Source of the DNA: Saprolegnia diclina VS20
Lineage: Eukaryota
NCBI RefSeq assembly: GCF_000281045.1
Contig: NW_008246168.1
Coordinates: 39,168 to 94,573, forward strand
Length of the DNA stretch: 55,406 nt
Direction: 5' to 3'
In this document: in pieces, positions 11,928 to 24,165 of the stretch
Layout: the number at the start of each line of letters is the position of its first letter
How positions within the stretch are numbered: position 1 is the stretch's first letter
The notes under the pieces: generated by a model
What the model saw: the letters and a program-made list of their open reading frames with translations, nothing else
Database searches by the model: none
Told to the model about the DNA's origin: nothing
Program-made: the position numbers and the translations under genes

Positions 11928-12352
11928 NNNNNNNNNNNNNNNNNNNNNNNNNNNNNNNNNNNNNNNNNNNNNNNNNNNNNNNNNNNNNNNNNNNNNNNNN
12001 NNNNNNNNNNNNNNNNNNNNNNNNNNNNNNNNNNNNNNNNNNNNNNNNNNNNNNNNNNNNNNNNNNNNNNNNNNNNNNNNNNNNNNNNNNNNNNNNNNNN
12101 NNNNNNNNNNNNNNNNNNNNNNNNNNNNNNNNNNNNNNNNNNNNNNNNNNNNNNNNNNNNNNNNNNNNNNNNNNNNNNNNNNNNNNNNNNNNNNNNNNNN
12201 NNNNNNNNNNNNNNNNNNNNNNNNNNNNNNNNNNNNNNNNNNNNNNNNNNNNNNNNNNNNNNNNNNNNNNNNNNNNNNNNNNNNNNNNNNNNNNNNNNNN
12301 NNNNNNNNNNNNNNNNNNNNNNNNNNNNNNNNNNNNNNNNNNNNNNNNNNNN
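11928..12352 (-). other. Assembly gap (425 N), inferred to contain a core histone gene (H4 most likely) divergent from H3
   Basis: On the minus strand the right flank reads Inr TCATTTTCAATTTT plus an A-rich leader ending ACAAGAACAA at the gap edge. The left flank carries the histone stem-loop. Confidence 0.75.
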
Positions 12353-13086
<734 letters not shown>

Positions 13087-13124
13087 ATTGGCGGTCCCCT
13101 AGCATCTTGCTACTGCATTCACCT

Positions 13125-13140
13125 GGTGTTTTTTAACACC
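13125..13140 (+). terminator. Histone mRNA 3' stem-loop of H3
   Basis: CACCT-GGTGTT-TTTT-AACACC-ACCCA, 38 nt after the stop; 6-bp stem and 4-nt loop as in replication-dependent histone mRNAs. Confidence 0.9.
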
Positions 13141-14703
13141 ACCCATCTCATTGAGAACTTATTTATCCTCCGGTCATGAGCGCCAAGATCCAAATACTAG
13201 ATACATATCTTGATTAGAGATGGATACATCAGCGCCCATGCATGCGCTCAGCAGCCGCGCCCAGTTGCCTAGCTGCCGCCCGCGACTCATCCCTTCAATA
13301 CTAGCGTCGGCGGCCTTTAGCCGATCAACAAGCTCATGAATATGATGATCGATCTCAACGCGCTCGTGCCTGCCTGACATGTTCGCATCACGTCAACGCC
13401 AGTGGTGTAGTACTGTGAGTGACTGTACCCACCTTTCGCGCCAGTGCAGAGCAGATCGAATCTCAAAAGGAAGGACGAGCTACTTGTGCATCTGGGCTGC
13501 GCACGCATCCATCTTGGTCTTCCTGATTCCTTCACGTCGCATGCGTCGGTCGTTTACCCTTGACAATACCCTTCAAGCAAGGCTTCCAGCTCTCCGTGCT
13601 TGCATTCTCAACGTCCCTCTCTTCTATCGAACGCCCACTGGTACGTAGCCGCGGACATTGCACTTCGTCATCCGGACCTCGGTCATCCCCATTCCAGCCT
13701 CCATAGCGCCAGCCATCCAATATGTGTAGTAGTATACATGACGCCGGTCAAGTCATTTGGGGCCGTGGACATGCACGAACCCAACGAAGCTCGTCGCGCG
13801 GCTGCGGCGAATCCCACGCGCCAAAGGGACCCAATTTATGGCTAACGTAAACACGAATTTCGCCATTTATACTGCCGACGAAGGCTTGTCAACGGCAGAC
13901 TTGGCGTCTCCTTACCGCGTCTTTGACCGACCAGACGCCGCAAGCTCCTATACGCCGCCGCTAGTATGTACGGGCATCGGCTTGTCCATGTGGAGGTTGG
14001 ATCCAAAAACGCGCGCTGGGACAAGGGAATTTTCGGGATTTTTATCCGGATACCGGATACGGTCGGAGCAAAGAAAAGGTGTGGCACGCACTGCGAGACG
14101 TGAAAAATAGATTGCCCACGTGAAGATCGTATGTTGCCACTGGATTTCTGAGGTTAATCAAGGGCCGACGACGCATCCCTGGGTTTAATGACCTCCCGCA
14201 ATACTGCGGGGTCGACCCTTCGAGTATCTTTGTGTCCGCGCACACAAACAGGGGCGATTTCCGTGCGTTTCTACGGCGGCCGAAGCATCCTTGCTTGGTC
14301 TAGCGATCGTGCAGCGGCGCGGAGCTAGCTACGAGGGGCAACAATAAGGCAGCAGCGCCGTGCTACGATCCACTGTAACGAGCCCGGCATGTCTTCGAGC
14401 CCGTGACGAGCTTGGAGGATGATTACGTATGTAGTGGGAACTTACGTGCGCTCGCAGCATGCCTAATGCAATGATAAACCACCGACTATGATGTCGTCCT
14501 CTTGCACGCCTTTGATGCTCGGAAGAAGCTGGCGCGATGCACCACACGGTCTACCCCAGCGCATGTCGTTATTCAGAGGGTATCCAATGTATTTCCCACG
14601 TGAAAAATACATTTCGATGTGAAAAAGGCCATGGGTGCATTCGTTTTTCGGACTTGAGTATCCCTCGGCGTCATTTCCGAAATCCCTGCCTTCTGCCATC
14701 GTC

Positions 14704-16245
14704 ATGAGCAGCCTCCCGCCGTCGCCGACCGCGTCGGCCCACGCCGACCTGCCCGAGGTCACGGAGGTGGCGCCGCCGTACTTGGCCAAGCACCCGAAGG
14801 GCTTTGGCGAGATGCGCTTCATGAAGGACGTCGTCGTGCGCGAGACGTACCTCTTGCCCGTGCCCCACCTCTCGACGTGGATTCCGGACGGCAACAAGTT
14901 TGCGGCCAATGAACGCAACATTGACACCCAAGACAAGCTCGAGGAGACCGACTACGCGGACCGGAAGGCCACGTACAACCGCATTATGTCCCAGGACGAC
15001 GTGATTCTTGGCGACATTCGCCGCCATCCGCGCCAGCAGCCCATCTCGCGCGCGTACCTTCGCGCGGGCCCGCGTCCGACGCTCTACTTTGAGCCGAGCG
15101 AGGTCAAGGCTGCGATCGTGACCTGCGGCGGCCTCTGCCCCGGCCTCAACAACGTCATCCGCGACATCACGCTCGCGCTCTGGAATTTGTACGGCGTGCG
15201 CGAAATCTTTGGCATCCGCATGGGCTTTGTCGGCTTCCACAACTGGACGGACCTCAGCGACAAGGACGCGCCGCTCATGCTCACGCCCGACGTGGTCTCG
15301 ACCATCCACCACTCGGGCGGCACGATCCTCGGCTCGAACCGCGGCGGCTTTGACAAGGAAAAGATCATTGAGTTCCTCACGACCCACGGCGTGAACCAGC
15401 TGTACGTCATTGGCGGCGACGGCACGCACCGCGCCGCCAACATCATCGCCGAAGAGTGCCAGCAGCGCAAGTTGCGCATCACGGTCGCCGGTGTCCCCAA
15501 GACGATCGATAACGACGTCGACCTTCTCGACCGCAGCTTTGGCTTCAACACGGCCGTCGAGGAAGCCCAGCGCGCGATCCGGTCCGCGGTCGTGGAAGCA
15601 CGTTGCGTGCCCAACGGGATTGGCGTCGTCAAGCTCATGGGTCGCTCGGCCGGCTTTATCGCGGCCCACGCAACCCTGAGCAGCGGTGACGTCAACCTGT
15701 GTTGCATTCCCGAAGTCCCAATTGTCCTCGACGGGCCCAAGAGCTGCCTCACGCACGTCGAGCGCGTCGTCGCGGAGAAGGGGTACGCGGTCGTCGTCGT
15801 GGCCGAAGGCGCGGGTGAAGAGCTCCTCGGGACGTCTGCGGTCGTCGACGCCGGTGGCAACAAGAAGCTGCCGCCGATCGGCGAGTTTATGAAGAAGGCG
15901 TTGATTGCGCACTTTGAGACGGTCGGGCTCACGGCGACGGTCAAGTACATTGACCCGTCGTACATGATTCGGTCCGTGCCCGCGAACGCGGCCGACTCGC
16001 TCTACTGCATGCTCCTCGGCCAGAACGCGGTGCACGGCTCGATGGCTGGCTACACGGGCTTCACGGTCGGCCTCAGCGCCAACCGCACCGTCTTCTTCCC
16101 GATCACGGCCGTCACCAAGAACTCGCCGCGGTGCATGGACCCGGTCGGCCGCACGTGGGAGCGTGTGCTGTGCATGACGCGCCAGCCCAACACGGTGCCC
16201 GATGACTTTCACTGTGACCGCGCGACGTCATCCAACTTGGTGTAA
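14704..16245 (+). CDS. PFK: ATP-dependent 6-phosphofructokinase (plant/kinetoplastid group X type), intronless, 513 aa
   Basis: Motifs AAIVTCGGLCPGLN, GGTILG, IGGDGT, PKTIDND, SFGF, LMGR, IDPSYMIRS. GGDG rather than GGDD indicates ATP use. Inr TCATTTCC precedes the ATG at 14704. Confidence 0.95.
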   Translation: MSSLPPSPTASAHADLPEVTEVAPPYLAKHPKGFGEMRFMKDVVVRETYLLPVPHLSTWIPDGNKFAANERNIDTQDKLEETDYADRKATYNRIMSQDDVILGDIRRHPRQQPISRAYLRAGPRPTLYFEPSEVKAAIVTCGGLCPGLNNVIRDITLALWNLYGVREIFGIRMGFVGFHNWTDLSDKDAPLMLTPDVVSTIHHSGGTILGSNRGGFDKEKIIEFLTTHGVNQLYVIGGDGTHRAANIIAEECQQRKLRITVAGVPKTIDNDVDLLDRSFGFNTAVEEAQRAIRSAVVEARCVPNGIGVVKLMGRSAGFIAAHATLSSGDVNLCCIPEVPIVLDGPKSCLTHVERVVAEKGYAVVVVAEGAGEELLGTSAVVDAGGNKKLPPIGEFMKKALIAHFETVGLTATVKYIDPSYMIRSVPANAADSLYCMLLGQNAVHGSMAGYTGFTVGLSANRTVFFPITAVTKNSPRCMDPVGRTWERVLCMTRQPNTVPDDFHCDRATSSNLV

Positions 16246-16700
16246 TCAACTAACATGCTGCTTGTCTATTCTTCCTCAACCTTGGTCCTCGAGTTGTCAC
16301 CTCGCTCCCATCAATCCTGCGATAAGATCTGAGATCGTACTACGTACAATGCGACAGCAATTGTACGCTCGAACCTTGTTTCAGTATTCCAATGTACGAT
16401 GAAAGCGTACGTACACGAATGTATCGTTCGCCATGTAGGATTCAAGATCGAGCGCAGCTAGTATCAACTCGATACCTAGTTGGAAGCAAAAAGGGTGGGC
16501 CTTTGTTAAGGCTGGACTGCGTGCAGTCGCAGGTGAATCGCGATCAAGAGATTTGCCCTACATAATTTCTCACTGCTGGTATGTGTCGGCCTCACGGGCT
16601 AACATTACCGGCGCCCCATCAACGACGTGCATGCAGCCCATGTCCTTGTGGTCCCCGAGAAGAGAGCATATTGGAGAGCTTGACGCTGCAATGGCTTGCT

Positions 16701-16774
16701 CGATCCAGTCTGCGTCATCGACCAGATCGACAGCGATCCAGTCTGCGTCATCGACCAGATCGACAGCGATCCAG
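16701..16774. repeat. 33-bp perfect tandem repeat, about 2.2 copies
   Basis: CGATCCAGTCTGCGTCATCGACCAGATCGACAG x2, plus CGATCCAG. Confidence 0.95.
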
Positions 16775-16866
16775 GATCTGGCGCGACCAGAAAGGGCAAT
16801 CTGAAATCCACCAATCACACAGTAGCTCGAGTCGGCGCGGGCCAATCACAGATTAATTGGCCGACG

Positions 16867-17692
16867 ATGAAGTCGATTGCGATCCGCCATGAGGCCGTCA
16901 AGGTCTGCGAGGAGCGCATCGTCATCGACGTCGACGAGAGCCATCGCCTCGACATCTCGCTGCTGCTGGTAGTCGCTGCCATCGCCAGCCCAAGCCTCAT
17001 CCTGCTTCTTCCTAGGACGAGCACGAGCTCGCGCCGCTCTTTTGCGGCGCTGCGTGGGCCGGTACGCTCGTGTGGGAAGCCGCCGAGCTCATCTCTAACT
17101 ACGTATTAAACGAACTCGACGTGCGCAATCTGCGTGTGCTCGAGCTCGGCGCCGGCTTGTACGTCCATATCCCATTCTCCTCGCCTCAGAGTCCTCGCCA
17201 ACTAGGGGCGTTCCCGGCATGGTCGCTGGCATCCTTGGCGCGCCGCACGTGGTCCTCACGGAGCAGCCCGAGCTTGTGCCGCTGCTTCGCACCAACATCC
17301 GGCGCAACTTTGCCGCTTCGTCGTCCAACGTCGAGGCCGCCGTCTTGAGCTGGGGCACGGCGGCGACGACAGCCTTTTGTGCCAAGTACGGCGCTTTCGA
17401 CGTTGTCCTGTGCTGCGACTGCATTTACGAGCCGCTGTACGGGCAGTCGTGGCGGGCGCTCGCCCTCTCGATGGACGTGCTCTGCGCCTCCAACCCTGCG
17501 TGTCGCGTGCTCATGTCGGTCGAGCGTCGCCACGGCGATGGCATCGACTCGTTCCTGGCGTTTCTTCCAGACGCCACGTCGCTTGCGGCCACGCTACACC
17601 GCAGCGTGCCCAAGACAACCAAAGCGCTTTGCGACGAAGGCGACGTGCTCGAGATCTACTGCATCCAGCGACGAGCGGCGCTGAGCCAGTAG
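16867..17692 (+). CDS. METTL21/Methyltransf_16-family protein methyltransferase; 3 exons
   Basis: WAGTLVWEAAELIS...VLELGAGLGVPGM...VVLTEQ...LSWG...FDVVLCCDCIY (DxxY motif). Introns at about 16969-17014 and about 17159-17204. Confidence 0.9.
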
Positions 17693-17764
17693 GACGCCAA
17701 CGAGGTCCAACAGAGCGCTTGTGTATTCATATATCGTGTCGTGAGGACACCATAGTCGTCGCGA

Positions 17765-20204
17765 TTACATGGGGTGGTGCCACACCTCTTCGCAGCGGTA
17801 GGCCTTGGGCGTGAGCTGGATCACGACGTGCAGCGGAATGTCGATCGTCGGGCACTCTTCCGGCGACTTGTTGGTCAAGTACGCATACAAAACGCGCAGA
17901 ATGGCTTGGTGGGCGACGATCAGCACCGGGCGGTCCAGGCGCATGAGCTCCGTAATGACGGGCTCGAGGCGGTGGATCACATCTTGGTACGACTCGCCGC
18001 GCGGGTACCGGTAGTGGAGCTTGTTTTGCTTGCGCGCGAGGTACTCGTCCGGGTAGCGCTCGGCCACCTGCGGGTACGTAAGTCCGTCGCAGATACCGGC
18101 GTCAATCTCGTCGAGCTGCTTCCACTTGACGACCGTGCGGCCGCGTGCGGCGATGCGCTCGACCGTCTGGCCCGTCCGCGCCATCGTCGACGTCCAGACG
18201 CTGAGCCGCGTGTCCTCCGGGTAGTTGGCAATGATAAACTTGTCGAGCTGCTGCGCGTACATGGCGCCGTGTGGACTCAGAAGCGAGTCGCCGCCAATCT
18301 TGCCCTGCGTGTTGTACATGCTCTGGCCGTGGCGACTGAGCCAGATCGGGCGCGGACGGATCTGAAGATTCGCCATCAAAAACATGATGCGCGACTGGAG
18401 GTAGCCGTAGACTTGGTTGCAAAACATTTGACGGCCGACGTCAATGACCTAGCGAGACTGGTGTCCATCGAGAGAACATGCAAGCTGCTCTACCTTGATG
18501 AACGAGCACGCCTCCGTGTCTTCGAGCGGCTTGTAGATCGAGTGGTAGTGTCCAATGCGTTGGTTGTAGTCGACGATGACTTCTTCGAGCGTGTTCTTTT
18601 CGTAGTCCTTCGAGTTGAGTTTGATCTCGTTGATGGAGATCGCAATCAGATCTGGATCGTCGCAGATCGACTCGATAAACAGCATCTCGCAGCGCGACCG
18701 GCGCGCGACTTCTTCGCGAATGTAGTGGCGGCGCTAGATGTCGATCAGACCCGAATGTGCACAGTACCAGATTCCAACCTCGAGCGTCGCGTTCGTCGCG
18801 TCAAACACCACACACGTGCACGCATCGCTCGTGAGCGCATCGAGCGCGTCGCTGAGGCACTTTTTCGAAATCTAGGCGTACGAATCAGATATCTGGTACG
18901 CACCAGATGTGGTCGTACCTCGGCGCGTTTTTGGTAGTCGGCCGTGTTTTCCGGGTTCCAAAAGTCGTGCTTGATGCCAGCACCCACGTACTCGCGGCGG
19001 TACTCGCTCGTGTTGTACACTTGCGTCGTGTGGCCCATCCACGTCAACTACCAGATTTTAGAGATCTGGTTCGCTGTACCAGATGCAATCTTCAACGTAC
19101 GTGGCGCGCCAGAATGTGGCCAATGAACGTCTTGCCGCGGCCCGGAAGACCGACCAAGACGATCATGAGCTTGCCGTTGCGCTGCGGGCGCCGGTCCATC
19201 GCCCCGACCGTCACGCTCGGCGCCGCAATGAATGAGCGATGGCCGCCCATCTGCAAGTGCTCACTGAGCGACGGAGGTCCATGCATTCCCTACCTTTTCG
19301 CGCTCTTGGTGCTCTTGCGTCACGAGATCGCCGCCAAAATGCTATCGCGTCCAGCATGATGCATGATGAGCAAAGGTGAGAGGGTGTACCTGGGTACGGG
19401 CGGCGAGGAGGACGCTGTTGGTGCTGTACTCGCGGACGACCGCTTGGGGCAGCTTGGGCGCGGCAAAGAGCTTCTTCGGGTCAATGATCTCGGCTTCGTC
19501 GAGCTTCGGGAGCGACTCGGCGCTCTTGGAGCGCGTGATCGAGCCGGACCGCGCCGCGCGCGACGTCTCGTCCGTGACGTTGAGGCCATACTCCGAGTCG
19601 TCGGTGGTCGATGCCTATGAGCATGCTATCGAGCGACCGTCATAGTAGGGGCTATCGTACCTTGCGCGCAAGCGGCGGCGTGGCGCCAACGACCATCTTC
19701 TTCTTGGTCAAGAGCAGCGGCGACGCGACGAGCTTGGGCGAGAGCGGGCGGAGGCCGGGCGACGACGAGTTGGACGAGCTCGGGTGTAGGCGCACGGCCT
19801 TGGACGCGACGGACGCGACCGGGTTCATCGTCGGGAGGCTGCTCTCGTCGTCGGAGCGGATCATGGTCTCGAGCGGCGCCTGGATCTCGTCTTTCGCGAC
19901 AATCATGATAAAGTTGTTGAGGTTCCCAAACTCGTCCGGGGCAAACGCCGACTCGGGGTTGTACTTCCACGAGACGTCGTCGACAAAGTACTTGAACGTG
20001 TGGAGGCCCACGGGCAGCTCGAGCACGACCGAGAACGTCCCGTCCTCGCCCTTCTCCATGTCCATCTTGTCGCCCCAGCTACGCAGCCCATGATCAGCAG
20101 CATCCTCTACCTCGTAGCAGCATGTACTTGTTGAAGGAGCCCGCGAGCTGGACGCTGGTGCAGGGCTGCGGCCAGCGGAAGAGGGCGCGGTACTGCGTTT
20201 CCAT
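17765..20204 (-). CDS. PFKFB: Bifunctional 6-phosphofructo-2-kinase/fructose-2,6-bisphosphatase with N-terminal AMPK-beta-type (CBM48-like) carbohydrate-binding module; multi-exon
   Basis: N-terminus VQLAGSFNKW...LPVGLHTFKYFVDD..W...DEFGNLNN. Kinase P-loop GLPGRGKT plus VFDATN and FIESICDD. Phosphatase RHGQS, LDEIDAG, YRYPRGESY, AHQAILR. Confidence 0.93.
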
Positions 20205-20307
20205 GGGGCGTCTACTGGCGATGCTCTTTTGAATCCGCTTCTGAGCTTTTTTCTGCGCGACAAACAGCCGCTCCGGGCTTTTCCCGGACTTGGCAAGATA
20301 CGATTTG

Positions 20308-21600
20308 ATGGGACCCTTCCGCCCGACCGTCGTCGTCGTCTTGGCGCTGCTTGAAGTACTCGGACTCATGCTGGGAGTCGGTGGGACGATGCGCGTCGAG
20401 ATGGGGCCGCGCTATGGGCTCGATGTGGCAAATGCCAAAGTGCCCATGGCCGATGAGGCTCGGCGCCACATCCTCGCCGGCGTCCAGCAAGACAAAGCCG
20501 GTAATAGCAACAAGATACACCGCCCATCCCCGCGTCTTCTTCGCATGGTAGATTCGCTCTACCTCTGGGGGCTCATGCACTACTACGGCCATGGCGTGCC
20601 AGTGGACATGCACACGGCCTTGCGCTACATGCGCCTCGCCGCACGCAAGCACCATCTCGATGCGACCTTTACGCTTGGCATGCTCCATTACGACGGCCTC
20701 GGTACGCACCCAATACAGAGGATTGCAGCCGGAAGGCGATCGACGATGCGACACACGACTGCGTAGTGGTACCGCAAGACGACGCACTGGCGTACGCCTA
20801 TCTCCAGCCCGCAGCGACCGCCGGCCACGCCGACGCGCAGTGGCTGCTCGGCACGTACGCCGCATCTCGCTTCCTCTGTTGTACCTTACACCGCCATGTA
20901 GGCTCCTCAACCACGGACGCGGCGTCCCCATCGACATGGCCCGCGCGGCCGAGGTCCTCTCTCACGAAGAAGAAGAATTCCGTGCTCAGACCCGCTTAGC
21001 TGTTTGCGGCGTCGACGCAACATGGCAATCCCCGCGGTGCTTTTCATCTGGGTACTCGCCTCTTCTGGCTACGTCAACATGATCGGTAGCCAGGGACCAT
21101 GCACGAGTACGGCCGGTCGCTGCCGCGCAACTGGACCAAAGCAGCTTTGCTCTACACGACCGCCGCCGCCCACGTACGCACAGCGCGTACTTCCTTGCAC
21201 GCATGGCAGGACAACGGTTAGGACGTGCCCGAGGCGCTCTACTATCTCGGGCTCCTGCACGCCTACGGGCGCGGTGTCGCGCTCGACCACGACCGCGCGT
21301 TCGAGCTGTTTGAAAAGGTATCTTGTTGCCGGCAGCACTGAATCTAGCTTATCTTGGGTGCAGGCCTCGCGCCTTGGCTACGCCCCCGCGACCTACTACC
21401 TTGGCGTATGGCACGTCTCGGGCCCGCGCCAGATCGACTACGAAGCGGGGCTCGTGTACTTTGAAGCCGCCGCGCTGGCCAACGACGTTAGCATCTCGAC
21501 CAAAGCGCTGACCGCCGCGTCCGAGCTCAAGACGCTCTTGGCGTCCGTCGCGCAGCGCCAGAAGGAATCGTATGCGCACTATGTCCTTGAGGCCACGTAG
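20308..21600 (+). CDS. Sel1-like repeat protein with N-terminal signal/TM segment; multi-exon
   Basis: Repeats such as LYLWGLMHYYGHGVPVD..A, FTLGMLHYDG, AQWLLG, LYYLGLLHAYGRGVALD, TYYLG. Hydrophobic N-terminus. Confidence 0.85.
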
Positions 21601-24097
21601 GCGTGCATCTCGGCCATCTCTCGAAAAAGTGCATCGGTCGCGGGGAGGTGGAGCGCCAGCGACCTCTTGGCCCGACCGAGGTACACGCGGCAGGACGGCC
21701 AGCGCTCGGCGTTGAAGAGCAGCTAGTTGCACGGAGAGAGATGAACGACAGATTCAACTCAGATGCGAAATGTACCTGTGCCGCCTTCAAGTACTCGTGC
21801 CCGAGCTCTGCGTCGAGAGGGTCGTAGTGCGCCTCGAGCAACGCAATCGCTTGCACGCACGCGTCCGACGCGGCAGCAAAGTCGCCCTGCACCGCCCACA
21901 GCTGCGCGCGCAGGTCCAAAGCCTCGGCGATCGCGAGGTGGTTGGGCGGCAGTGCCGTGACGCGGCTGGCGACAAGTGCATCGACTGCGGTGTGCAGCTA
22001 CGCCAAGGATGAGGCAACGTGGTGCATGACACGACCTACCGCCGCCGTGTCATCGCCACGCGCAAGCCTCTCATGAATCGCATCGGCCGCGCGCTTGGTC
22101 GCTGCGAGGAAGCGACCGATTCCTTCATCTCTCTCGGTTGAGACCGGTGCTTGGCAGGCAGCACAGGCACAATCGAACCCGTACTGTTCTTGGAGCATTC
22201 GCTGCCGCTCCGCCGTGGGCATCTTGGCGCGGTGTGGGCCGTACGAGATGGCGATGCCGTCGCCTTGGGCCACGGCCCGCGTTGTCACGAGTCGAAGCGT
22301 GCGCCCATCAAAGTGCACGCTCGCATTCGGGGCGCACGAGTGGTTGCACATGGCCATGGCGGGAAAGAGCCCGGTGCCGAGCCGGGCCTGGCCCACCACG
22401 TCGACGCCACCCTGCGCAATGGCAGATGCCGTTGTCGTGATCGCGACTTGGTTGATCGAGACGCGACTCGCGGCGGCAAGAAGGCGACGCGCCATCTCTT
22501 CGGTTGTCGACGCACTGACTTGGTTTCGACTTGACGCGAGGGCGGCCGCGTAGAGGACGCGCGCCACGAGCGTGGATGGCGCGACCATCTCGACATCGTC
22601 GTGGAGCGTCAACAGCTCGTCATGCCGGTGGCCCATGAAGCGGAACTCGTTCGGCGTAACCCTTGTCCACGTGTCGGTCTCGGACTGGAGCGCGCTAAGA
22701 AGCACGCGGCTGGTCGAGCGCACTCTCACATGCTGCTCGGGCGCGACCCGAGAGACGACGCCTTGGAGCCATGTCGACGGTACTTGCAAGCACGCCTCGT
22801 CGCAGTAGAGATGGACGAGACACTCGGTCGCCAAGTGCGACACAAAGGCGTAGCCGGCCACGCGTCCACTGTTGCACAATGCGAAAGCAGAGCCGTCGAC
22901 CGTCCACGTCGGTAGTGCTATGACGAGATCCGGGACCGTGCGGGCGATATCTCCTGGAAGCGGCGCGCAATGGAGCAGCCGCTTGAGCTCGTAGACATCG
23001 TCGCGACGCCACGGCCGCACATCATCACTGATGCTAACGGCGGACTCGACGCGAAACTGCATGGCGACGCGCAGCAGCAGCCGCGACGGACAGTCCAGGT
23101 GCATCGAGCAAAGCGCGTCGTGCCAGGTGGTCGCAGCCGCGCGACAGACGTCGCTGCAGTAGACAGCGCACGCGCACGCATCGCACGGCACGAGGTTCGC
23201 GCAGACTGCAAAGCATCTCTCACAGCGCGTTACGGGGTCGAGGCCCGCCGACGCGACAGGGTCTTCGACGAGCACGACTGTGCCCGCTGGGATCGGTTGC
23301 GTGGCCTCGAGGTACCGGCCGGCGAGCTCGGATGTGGCGACGCGGACGTGTTTGTGGTAGGCTGGGTGCGAATAGATGGTCTCGGCGAGGGGCGGCGGCA
23401 AGACAACAACCGCGGCCTTGAAGGGATCGACGGCTCGCGGCGTCTCGACGAGCGCCTTGGCCATGGCGAGATCGTCTCGCGCGATGTTCAATGGCTCAAC
23501 CTCGGGACGGAGGCTGGCGCAGAGCGTGGCGGCGAGAGTGGAATCGGTTGCGACGCACGCCTCGAGGACCTTGGCGCGACGGAACCACGCTTTTGGGTAC
23601 GGCGGATAGCTCGTGATCGCGCGCGTCGCATCGGCAAACGCGTGTTCGAGCGCTCCGAGTGCGTGCCATGCGGCGCATCGGTTGGTAAACCTATCGGATG
23701 CTACGGTCAATCGCGGCCAAGCGTCGAGGTAGACTACGTACAGAATGCTCTGGAGCTGCGCCGTCGGCTCGTCGTCGATCGTCAGTAGCCGCAAGCCCTC
23801 CGAGAACGCTGCAATGGCCTCCTTGAAGTGTTTGGCTTTAAAGGCAGCATTGCCGCGGTCCTTGAGCGCATCCGGCGTCGTACTAGTCTTGCTTGGCGGC
23901 GTGCTGCGGACGACGTTGCGCAGCGTGGCCTCAGCGCTGGGCGTGGCCGTGATCGCGACCACGTCGTGGAGAAGCGCTGCCATGAGCAGCCTTCGGTCCT
24001 CTGTGCGTTCCATCTTCTGGATCGCATCGACCTCGAACGCCGGCGGAAGAAGCGCCCGCACGGCGTCCGTCAAGCGCTCGCTGCTGCTCGGTGCCAT
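21579..24097 (-). CDS. TPR + SET + MYND domain protein (SMYD4-like lysine methyltransferase); multi-exon
   Basis: TPR LKDRGNAAFKAKHFKEAIAAFSEGL. Split SET: GRYLEAT..IPAG.VVLVE, then MCNHSCAPN, ISYG, YGFDCACAAC. MYND CERC...PCDAC...YCSDVC...HDALC. Last exon 21722-21579 ends HAYVASRT-stop. Confidence 0.88.
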
Positions 24098-24165
24098 CGC
24101 GATCCACGAGATGGCGGAAACCAGGACAAGTCCGAAAAGCCCAAAATAATATAATTCCACGGCGC

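Noticed and set aside
13170..14600. Short ORFs and an ATGATGA...CTGA box pair between H3 and PFK
   Set aside because: No coherent gene model; the C and D boxes are too close together for a snoRNA.
14671..16212. 513-aa antisense ORF over PFK
   Set aside because: Same codon-bias shadow effect.
16701..16774. Possible CRISPR-like repeat
   Set aside because: Head-to-tail copies with no spacers, in a eukaryotic context with no cas genes.
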